Notes under the pieces: generated by a model
Databases searched by the model: none
What the model was told of the DNA's origin: nothing
Seen by the model: the letters and a program-made list of their open reading frames with translations, nothing else
Shown: positions 39,809-50,799 of the stretch, in pieces
Layout: each line of letters starts with the position of its first letter
Numbering within the stretch: the first letter of the stretch is position 1
Program-made: the position numbers and the translations under genes
Assembly: GCF_964204645.1 (NCBI RefSeq)
Contig: NC_134028.1
Coordinates: forward strand, 682,001 to 746,000
Reading direction: 5' to 3'
Length of the DNA stretch: 64,000 nucleotides
Source of the DNA: Tubulanus polymorphus
Taxonomy: Eukaryota; Animalia; Nemertea

Positions 39809-40947
39809 ATTCTTTCCGATGAATACATTTCCAATCAATCTGTGACATTCTTTAAACCTGGATTTTATACCGAATTGTTCGCTTTTGAACCAAAGACGAG
39901 TTTTATGAATTTTTGATGTAAGTTTTGCTACACATTGAATTGAAAACCAGTTTCGTATTTCTCATCAATGTTTCATTCATTTAACGCAGTTCAGGTTTAT
40001 CTCGAGTTCACATTGTTTAACACACCTCACGAGTCTGAGCTATCACTTACTGTCGCAGTTTGAAATATGCGCAGACGTCTGGTTGTTTTATATTCACAAA
40101 TCACATCCTTAATCAAATCATTCCGTTATCAGCTTAGCCGAAATCGGATTAACCTCGGTAATCCTCTGACCCCTGTTTATCTTCGAATATACGATTAGCT
40201 TAACGTTCTAGACTATGATCCAAGTATGATTGAAGTATTAACAAGACGAACTATTTACCAGTTACAACCAGAGAAGCATCGACTTCTGTACGAAACCTTG
40301 AAAATATGACTACAATATGAAACCAGGCAGGTAAAACAGAACAGACATCTCGCTTCCGAAACCTCTTGTTGTACGTTAATATTCACATTGAAATCTACTG
40401 TAAATCATCTGCGTATAAAACCGACATCCACCGATCACATAGCGATCACAGCGATCACATAGCGATCGACTGATCTCCGAACTTCTTTATTCTGAGAATT
40501 CAATTCTCCCTCGACATTTAAATGTCAGCTGATAAATATCGATATCGATAAATCTCTATTTATTTCTTCCTGCTGTAGGCTTTGGAAGATATCCATATAG
40601 CTCGACAAAATAATTCCGATCACTGAATGCAAACTTGAAAAATCCTATTTCGCTGATGTAAGATTAAAGATTTGTAGATACTTGATATTTCATACCAATC
40701 ACTATTTTGCACAATGAAGGATAACTATTTAGAATTCATTATTTCCAGGTTCATTTTCTCAGATCCAGCTGAAGAATTCTGATTCAAATTATCGTTTTAT
40801 TTCCTTCCGTGATTATTCAGCACAAAACCGATTTAACTTCGACTGGTGCTAAGCGCAACTGGTCCCCTACAACCTTTCCAGTAGACTCTGCGTGAATCCA
40901 TATTAAGTCGATAGATTTTTTCGATTAATTTCAGATTAAATTACCAG

Positions 40948-40978
<31 letters not shown>

Positions 40979-41792
40979 ATCCAACTGGCTACAGCGTCAA
41001 CTTGAATATTTCCATTAACCGCTGATTTTTGGTGGCTGGAAATTCTAGTCAGAATCTCCCACACGCCTCTAGTGAAGTGTGACTAATAATGTTCATAATA
41101 AGTACAGATCATACATTAATAAACTGAGGAGTGAGGAACAACTATTGATCCAGCAAACAATGATTTGACGCATTTTTTGTTTCAATCAGTGGTGGTGGGG
41201 GGTATGTCACCAGATGTCATAGAACAGCTATGTATGAATGTATGAATGTATTTATGTATTTGACAGGTTGTAAGAATGTATTTATGTATGGAGGAGGCGC
41301 GTGGCTTAAGTGATTCCTTACTGGACTCCAACATCAAACATCATCAAACATATACAGGACTAGAAATCAGTAGATTCAAGTAAACTCCCGAAAGCTTCAT
41401 CGTTAACAACTTTTGCTTTTCCTACCCATAGATTGCGATTCTAATTGTCTTGACAATTCTGAAATATCAGCATTGTTATCTAATCTGGCAAAATTTTACA
41501 TCAATTCGACCAACTTGAGTAAGAAACCTCAGTGATTTTATTAAAAGAAATACACTAAAGACGAGTCTCTTCAACCGATAATCATATATGAATGGTGGTA
41601 ATACTGATGATATTCAAAACGCTATCGACATTTTACCATATGCTGCATTAGAAAATATAACCGTGTTCAAGCTTTCATAATGATTAGATAAATATTTCAT
41701 ATAAGATTGAAATTCAACATTCCACACGTAAAGCTTTCAGCTAATGGGCAAAATTGGAACGAAGAATTAGAGTACGGTGGCTTATAGATGTA

Positions 41793-42733
41793 ATGGCAAC
41801 GAATCATTCTATCGCGTTACAACTGTACAGTCTGATAGTCGTGGATGTAAAGTTTGTTCCTAGGAAGCGATACCCGACAGCATTCATAGCGACTATAGGC
41901 GTCAATATGTGTCTAGTCGTTATGTTTGGTTTTGTCGGTAATACATTAATTGTGATGTTGATGTTAACTGCTAAATTCCGAAAACAATTCTACGGTAACA
42001 TGTTTCTGATTCTTGCTGTTTCTGATATTGGTATGATATATATCTATTCATTAATGTATCTCAATGCAGTTTCTTACCACATTGATAGAACTATTTTAGT
42101 TGATATTCATCGCAATGATTCTGTTTGTAAATTAGTATTAGTGATTTGCCTTATTCTTGTGGCATCGGGTCGCAACTTGCTATGTTTAATATCTATAGAA
42201 CGAGCGTTCATCATACGGTTCCCGTTCCGTGGACCTCGATTCTGGAACTCAAAGACAGCCAAACTAGCTTCTGCGATATATATATATGTATAGCAGTTAG
42301 TATAACTACATCTGAGGCGAGCGATGTATTGTATACTCATGGAACTGGTTGCGTTCATACAACTGATCAAACCCTCAATCAAGCACTTCAAATTATATGT
42401 ATTTTATTTATACCATGTACAGCGATGATAATCTCCACGACGCTTATAGTTGTGACTTTAATGTTTAATCTTTTCAAGAAAACCCAGTCGTCTTTATCAG
42501 TATCGATAATGGTGGTTTCGACATGCGTACTGTTCCTACTACTAAGTCTCCGAAACAATATCATTTGGATCAGGTCTTGGATCGATCCGAACGTTACAAA
42601 ATCACAGATGGCATTTCAAATAGCCGATGCGATTTATCGTTGGAATTATGCAGCGAATTTCTACATATATGTACTGACAGGTAGAGAAATACGTGAAACC
42701 TTACGGCGGCATTTACCTTGTAAACTACACTGA
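41793..42733 (+). pseudogene. Intronless class A GPCR interrupted by one frameshift in a (TA)n run near 42277-42288 (pseudogene, null allele or assembly error)
   Basis: Frame 1 has TM1 GFVGN, TM2 LAVSD, TM3 C...SIERA and RFPFR; frame 2 continues with TM4-TM7 to NYAANFYIYVLTGREIR. Removing one TA unit joins them (SAIYICIAV). Confidence 0.85.
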
Positions 42734-43022
42734 TAAAACAACCCTTATATCGATTCCATCATCGAAAACTGTGACCATCATAACAAGACAAATAATAAAA
42801 AAACTCGTTTTTAGTGACACAATTTTTATTGCGAAAAATTCACATCATAAATCTATGAAATAACATTATTATGTTGATCAACGCAGATATCGATGTCACT
42901 CTTTAATTTTTCATGCTGGAATTAGAGAAGATTCTGTTATCAAAGTTTTATTCATTTCTCATTCATGCTGTAAAACGTGTTAAATACTTACAACACACGT
43001 TAACAACTCATCAATAACAGTT

Positions 43023-45103
43023 TTAACCTGGAAAAAATGCCACTATATACAATTATTTTACTGTTTGCCTTCAATTATCTAACATTTTCTACACAAGAGA
43101 TCAAATAGCTGTTTGATTACATAAGTTGTAAGTACGAAGAAGGAAAACTTAGTTATGTCCATTATTGAATCGATGAGTATTGTTGGATTGGGAATGTTTT
43201 TACCTTGCTGTTGTTGCTGATGTTGTGGACGTTGTCCCTGTTGTTGTGGCATTTGTTGTGGATGCTGCTGTTGCTGCTGCTGCTGTTGCTGTGGCGGCGG
43301 TGCTTGTTCTGTAATAACAAGGATATGTGCAGTACACTTAATTTCAGCCGTTGAACGAAGGGAAATGATTTAGAAGGTTTTATATCATGAATTACTGATT
43401 AAATTCAATGTGAATAAATAAAACTAACGGGCTCCGAGTGGTGGTAAACCTTTAGCCGCTCGAGCCTTGTTTTCCGCTTCCTGTTGAGCCTGTTCTCTCT
43501 TGTATCTTTCGTAAACTTTACAGAAAGGTCCTTTAGTAATCTTGACGGTATTTCCTGATAAATTCGACATTCCACCTTTCAACAAATCGGATGTATCGAC
43601 GTACTCGCTGACATTGGGAATATCGTCAGGTATTCCACTAGTAGCCGTCATGCCACCCATACCTCCAGCTGAACCCAGTAGATTATCGAGCATGTTACCT
43701 CCTCCACCACCACCAAATAGAACATTCATAATACCACCATTACCACCTCCTCCTCCACCACCACCACCTCCTCCGCCCATTATTCCACCCATCATTCCAC
43801 CCACTCCACCTCCTCCCATAAATCCACCAAACATTCTACCAGACACGGTTTCCGTGGGAATAGAAAATGATCGGCCCTGAATTTGTTGAGTTTGTGGACG
43901 ATTCTGCTGCTGCGGTGGTGGTGGTGGTGGTGCTGCAGGATCGTCATGTTGTTTTCCCTGCGCCTGAGCTTGTTTCAACATCTGCACTGGACTAGAACTT
44001 GACTCACAAGAACGTCTTAACCAATCCATGTTGTCAATTTCCTTTTTAGGCGGCCCGCCTCCCCCTTGAGGAGGTGGTCCTCCTTGAGGTGGTGGTCCTC
44101 CTTGAGGTGGTGGTCCCCCTTGAGGTGGTGGTCCCCCTTGAGGTGGTGGTCCCCCTTGAGGTGGAGGTCGTTGCTGTTGCTGTTGTGGTAGTCCTCCTTG
44201 AGGTTGAAGTCTTCCTTGAGGTGGTGGAGGTGGTGCACCATTGAATTGTTGCTGGGGAGGCTTGTTAAATTGCTGTTGAGGAGCATTGTTGATTTTCTGT
44301 TGAGGAGCATTATTGAATTGTTGCTGAGGAGCATTGTTGAATTGTTGCTGAGGAGCATTGTTAAACTGCTGTTGAGGAGCATTGTTGAATTGCTGTTGAG
44401 GAGCATTGTTGAATTGCTGTTGAGGAGCATTATTGAATTGTTGTTGAGGCAATTGTTGCCTGTTTACTTGGTGTTGTTGTTGTGGTTGCACAAACGGCTG
44501 TTGCGGCTGCTGTTGGTTACGCCCCCATGTTTGTTGGGGTTGGGGAGCACCCCATTGTTTCGGTTGTTGTTGCTGGGGCTGGTGAGCACCCCATTGTTGT
44601 TGTTTAGGAGCGCCCCATTGTTGCGGCTGTTGTTGTTGAGGAGCAGCCCATTGTTGCGGTTGGTTCACCTGGTACTGGTTATATTGCGGGTAGATCTGTC
44701 GGTTAGGATTGTACTGCTGTTGCTGGATTGGATATTGATTCCGTCCATAAACGTTGTTTTGTTGTAGTGGAGCGTATTGGTTCTGTGGTGCTCTCTGATA
44801 CTGGTTGTACTGTACACGCGGGGGGTAATTCCGTGTATACCCTACAACATAAAATATGAACATGAAATTTTCGTACAGATCTCTACAATGCTATTGAATG
44901 CCAATACCGAAATCCATGAGTTGATAAATAATGTATTAGTTTTACCCTGAGCAGGTGCGCCAAACGGTTCGCTTCTGGCTAAAAAATATAAAGAAAACTC
45001 TTTTCGCGTTCAGGAGAAATCTCTATTTCAAGATTCGAAACATTTCTATACCTCTAAAAACCGCTTGAGCCGAAGTGACGAGTAGTAGGACTATTAGGAT
45101 CAT
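43023..45103 (-). CDS. Secreted Gln/Pro/Gly-rich low-complexity repeat protein, about 535 aa, no recognised family; exons 45103-45052, 44978-44946, 44841-43429, 43308-43204, 43027-43023
   Basis: Signal peptide MILIVLLLVTSAQA; four phase-1 GT-AG introns; 1413-nt open exon with synonymous variation among repeats (QQWGAP, QQQFNNAP, PPPQGG, GGM-rich); 5'UTR intron (acceptor near 45120, donor near 45496); minus-strand AATAAA near 42950 and 42828. Confidence 0.88.
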
Positions 45104-46661
45104 ACTGCGCTGTTGTTTTCTGAAGAGAAGAAATGCTCATTTGCAAATGAACAATGCCAAACAAGAAGTTGGATGATATAAGAGTTGTAAATGTTGGAAT
45201 CTGTGACATTCATTACGCTATAAAATGCCAAGGTACACTTAGAATACCATCAACTACACTCAACATCATACCGGTCAAATCCAACTCGGGGTGTATGAAC
45301 CAATTTCAATGTCTGTGATCTTAATCAACAGTGGATACAATGGAGTTCATTTTCAATAGTTGTTTTATCCAAAAATTTCCACCAGGAAATGTAGAACTTG
45401 CTCGAAACAATGATTAATTCATTTCGATATTGGACCGTGTTAATTATTAGCTAAATAAAACTATAAAACTTATCTGATAATCTCAATATACTCTACCTTA
45501 TCTATTGAGAACCTGCATTGCTAATGTAGCGACGGGACGAAGACGACAACACGTTTTCATAGATTCAACCACGTCAAATTATTTCTGAGTTTCTTCACAT
45601 TAATGAAACCCGTGTTACAGTGAAGCATCATGTTGTCGGTCTGTAGTTTCGACTGTAGAGTTGATATTTCTCATTCCCAATTTGAAGTTGTTTATTAACC
45701 CGAAAGACAGTTAGATCCCAGTCGTTGAATACCATTATATCTTCTTCTGAGCGCTTTCTACAATTGCTCAAATAAATTAAAAATGATGTCAATAATTTTC
45801 AAGGACTCAAAAGCCCATTCCACTGGAACCAGTTGTTACGAATCGATTGTCAATTACCAGAACGACAATGACAGCAGCATTAACTGTGCAGCTTAGTCAT
45901 AACCCTTAAACTTCATCGAACGGTAAGTGATATGTGAACCAGTATTCTACTGGTTTGTCCTATACGTTGATTTAGATAAATGACTAAGTTTGTTTCACAG
46001 GTGATGTTGACGCATGCGTGAGTGTAGTTTGTCGCAAAAGTCATCAGTCATTATGAACATTATCTATAGGTCTAACTTTTCGAGGAACATAAAGCGTTAT
46101 TACATTTTTTGGTGTGTCGTCACTTGTCTTCAATGGGTAAAATTAAATAATCTAAACGAGCTTGTAAAACATGCCATCAATAATACTGCGCCGCAATTAC
46201 TGTTAGTTAAACATCTGCTCGCTAGAATGGTTAAAACTACGAACAATCATCTCAACATTGCTCGTCGAGTAAAACTATCTCTAATCGATGGCGCTTATGC
46301 TGCTGTTCGACACCACTGGTATCGTCAAACTCCCAGAAACTAACAACAGTAACAACAAATCCCCTCAGATAAAAAATCAGGACTATCCCCACACAGTACG
46401 GTGACGAAAGCCGGATAAACCTGTGTACTCTTCTATACATTTATTCAGTTTTACTTCCGCATACATTTCTCGTTTTTAGATTTGACCTAGAATTTATCTG
46501 TGAGTGTCTTATGTCGCATACATATAGATATACAGTCAATCGACTGTTCAAATCACCATTTGAAAATAGTAACAATGACAGATTTACAATTTGTCTTAAT
46601 CATTCTACGAAAACGACGACCGATCGCTGAATAAGTTCTGCTACTGATAAGGATTTAAGTT

Positions 46662-49476
46662 ATGTCAAGTCTCAAAGATCAAGTGCTTTTAGAAGTACCG
46701 TAAGTATTTTCAATTCGATTTCTAATGATAGCTTTATACATAGAGATATGATATATATAGTCCGCACTGATAAAACATAACGGTTTAGCTGTCGATGATC
46801 TATTGTTAATACACATCTGCTTTGAACGGATTAGAAAATATGACTACACCGAAAAAAATAACGGATGAAATTGAGGCTCTCTCGTAAGTTCTGAATCAAT
46901 CGCGAAGGCCTTTAATGGAGCAAAAGCTTGCTATCAAACAGATGTGTGTCATATGTCTCAATATTACGAGTCTTGATAAGATGACATCGTGTGGCAACAT
47001 CGAGGACAACAGTCCGTGAGAATAGTAAAATCCCACAATAAATGAAGAAATGTTTTATACTGAAAAATGTTGGTAGTAACAACCCGAAATATTTCTAATA
47101 TTTTGATAAACTTTTTTCTTCATTTGTTGCGGGATTTTACTGATATTGCGAGCTACAACTGATTCGATCTGTGTGAAAGTTGTATTTGTTGTTGAAAATT
47201 TCCAGATGGTATCATCCGAGTCTCTCAAGACACGTGGCTGAAAGTTTACTGCTACAAAATGGCAGGGATGGTACATACCTTCTACGACCTAGTTCTAACC
47301 CGGGCGAGTTTGCCGTTTCAATAAGGTAACTGTCTTTAAAACACGAAACTTAGAAACAAGACTGAAACCTTCATACATTTTTGAATGATGTTTATATGTA
47401 TGTTTTAGGTGTACAGATTCAGTAAAACATTTCCCGTTATCATGGGATGGAACTTCCTACGCGTTTGGGATGGGTACATTCGACACTATAGCTGAACTAG
47501 TCGATCATTTTGCCAGTAAACCTCTTATTGGTGCTGAATCTGGTAAGTTAGCAGGCTATGAATAAAAATGAATATGTAATAAATCCACTCCACATATCAC
47601 GTGATGTGTCCAGAACCCCAGACAGTCAAACACCAGAGCTTAGACACTTTTAGATACACCATCACACTACAATGTATTCTGGCTATAGATTGATACCCGC
47701 ATCCGATGATTACTTCTTCCTAGCGATATATATTTATTTCTTATATCAGGAGTTTTAACGGCTTTGAAATTCCCGTATCCACGAGATGTACTCGAACCGA
47801 ACATGTACGATACAGTAAAAATACACGCTCAATACGGAAACAAGTCTAACGATTGGGATCGAAGTGGTCTTAATTTTGCTGTGAGTACAAAAACTATTTC
47901 CAATATTGCCATCCGAAAAATCAGGAGACTGTAATAGAGATGATCTACAGCTCCTTTAACGGTTCTTTTGTATTTGAATATGTTATCACGATGAATGGAA
48001 CCAGACATGATGAGAATATTCGTAGAGTAGCCGTGTTAACCAGGTTTAAAATAAGTAACGAGACGAGTAGTGCTGTATAGGTTAACTATTTATTTGACGC
48101 ACGAACTAACGCTACTAATGAATAGAAGCTTCATCAGGTGAATGAGGTCAGTGAATGAGGTGAACTCATTCACCTGATGAAGCTTCTATTCATTAGAAGC
48201 GAAAGCTCGTGCGTCAAATAAATAGTTAATCTATACAGCACTACTCGTCTCGTTACTTATGAATCTAACTGTAAATCACTATCTATGATCCAGATTTTAA
48301 CAGTTACAATATTCAATTCACCTGAAGCTACTATACATTAATAGCGAAAGCTCGTACTTAATAATGTAAATAAACTAGTTAACCTACTGAAGTATATTAT
48401 CCGCCTCATTGTATTTATTCTGCACCGAGTTAACGCGGTTCCTCCACGAATCTTCATAATTAATTTCAAACCTTCAAGATTATCAGATCTATTGTGTACT
48501 ATAAACCACCTGAGCCTGATATCTGGAATATCCTTACGAAAATGTGTTCGGTCCAAACACTTGAATGACCTTCAGGTTCAAACAATTATTATTATCGTTA
48601 CAGGTGGCGTCTAAAGAAGGTTATCTCACTAAACAAGGTGGCATCGTAAAAGTAAGTTATTCTATCGCATATCTTCCTATCGAATATCGAATGTTGTATA
48701 CATCTTAACGGACGGTATTGCTTATTGTAGAATTGGAAAACGCGATGGTTCGTGCTGCAGAAAAATGAATTGAAATATTATAGGGAGAAAGCTGATAAAG
48801 AACCGGTTAAAGTGTTAGACCTTACTGAGTGTATGGCGTGTAATGTAGATCATACTCAGGAGAAAACAAACTGTTTCAGGTTTGTATTCATTCATTATTC
48901 ACTTTGTGGCATTTAATTTGTGGACACACAACCGTAAAAAAATTGAAAACATTTTTTTGTATTCCAGTTTAACATTTCCGAAAAGAACGTATTATATTTA
49001 TGCAGCGACTCCTCAAGAAATGCACGATTGGACGACAATACTGTCGTGGAAACTGGTAGCTATCTCCTGAATACTACCCAAACATTTACTGTATTTCCTC
49101 TTATGATGAGAACGCGCGCCCAAAATCTTTCAAGTCTTGAAATATGGATTGTTCTCTCATTCTGATTGGTAGATTTTGACTTGATTTGTTGTCCGGCATA
49201 AACCCACCACACCTACTGTGCTGGATACAGATATAGCCGAATGATCGTTCGAATTTAGGCGATTTGTTTTTTAAATCGGAAATTTCGAACAATGAATTCT
49301 TTATTTTATTTATTTCATGTGTATTATTCCAGAATCAAAACAACTGTTAGACAATAAATATTCAGAACCAAACCATATATATTTCTCTTGTCTTTTCCTC
49401 ATCGAGTCTTTATCATTCCTCAAACGACACTTTTTTTTTATTTCAGCAACAAGACAAACCAGAAAGTGACTTGTGA
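46662..49476 (+). CDS. DAPP1: Dual adapter for phosphotyrosine and 3-phosphoinositides (SH2 + PH); first exon 46662-46699 (alternatives 46840-46883, 46004-46017), then 47206-47325, 47409-47542, 47750-47880, 48604-48650, 48731-48879, 48968-49055, 49447-49476
   Basis: SH2: WYHPSLSRHVAESLLLQNGRDGTYLLRPS...DSVKHF...HFASKPLIGAESG. Linker: LKFPYPRDVLEPNMYDTVKIH (conserved phospho-Tyr). PH: [30 protein letters not shown]...LDLTEC...FPKRTYY...WTTILSWKL. The last exon is less certain; an unspliced alternative stop lies at 49070. Confidence 0.94.
48051..48260. mobile_element. 210-bp near-perfect palindrome (foldback/MITE-like) in a DAPP1 intron
   Basis: ataagtaacgagacgagtagtgctgtatag...catcaggtgaatgag is mirrored by ctcattcacctgatg...ctatacagcactactcgtctcgttacttat; arms are about 95 bp with few mismatches. 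Confidence 0.85.
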
Positions 49477-50799
49477 ACCTACAGATTACATACAGCATCG
49501 TTCGGATGATAAACACTTTATTGTCTTCTGTTTGAATTATTTCATCGCATTACTTATCGATTTTACACCAATCTATGAGTACGGGTTGTATATATTTCAA
49601 GTCCTGCTTCATACATTTTTACATTGAAATATTCAGCGTTTGTTGTAAGTTGTATGCGATGTTGGCTGTTTTATTTAAATGATCAACGACTCGGAGAGGA
49701 GAATGTAAGATAAACAGATGTTACAGCGCGCCATTGTCACCAAACACGACAATTTAAGATAGAAACATTACTCATCAGGAATACAACATAATGTAATCAA
49801 AGGTTTACTCTAAGACGGCTCGTTCAGGAGACATTAGCTACAAAAAGCCTCATTATTGATGAAAAATATCTATTTCATTAAGTCAAAGATAATTTTATGA
49901 AGCAAAGTTAACTGAAAGCAAATGATATGTTTTTTATTTTTCAATCAAATGTAAGATACTCGTAGTACAGGAGCTTCATTCGATAATGCCTCGTGTAAAC
50001 ACAAGTCGAACTGGTAATTTATTTCTCAGTCTCTCTTCCTGTGAGATTGTCATATAATTCACACTGGGGTGTAAGAGGTACTTGCAAGATCTCCAGGTTT
50101 GCACCCATGCGGGATACCCACGGACCAGGAAATGGGTTAAAACCTAAACTTTAACGATAAAATCGATCTCGGATATATCCATAATGTTTTTGTTGCGTGT
50201 TATTTTCATTTGAAAAAAAGCTGCGTAGTTTGAATAACAATGTTATGAATAAAGGTTTGATAATTGATAATCGATCAAAAGCTTTCTAATCATCTTGTCT
50301 TGCGCATGTGGTACGATAATGAAAGCGTCTATCTCCTCGACTGGATGGCAAATCATTGATCTGCTAGTCTAACAGCTGGCTTCTAATATAGGCCTTGCTT
50401 ATTGGTGATCGTGTAAACAGGAATGCCTTTCTAACACTGATATGGTACTTGCGCACGGTTCACCTGTCCCACTACTAAAACCATCACAGTGAATATGATA
50501 TAACCGGATGACTGACGAGGTCAGAAAGAAGAGGTTAGTGATTGTATTTCTAGTCAAAATCGTTCTCAAATACTTTCACTCTTCTTTGCTTCTTGAAGAC
50601 GGTCATTGTCTTCTATAACACGTGATTTAATTATGCGTTAAAACCTGGTGGCATTTGGCGCATGGAGAAGTATGCAAAACATCCAGAAGCTCCTATACAA
50701 ACATACTCCTGGATAGAGTGGAAGTTGTGGAATGTCCAGTTAGATTGGAATAAATGTGTAAAATATCTTCTTCCTACAGATAGTGTAGTGCGTCTCACT

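Noticed and set aside
43542-44767. Overlapping ORFs 43542-43880(+), 44198-44767(+) and 44017-44430(-)
   Set aside because: Antisense or alternate-frame shadows of the repetitive Gln/Pro/Gly-rich exon.
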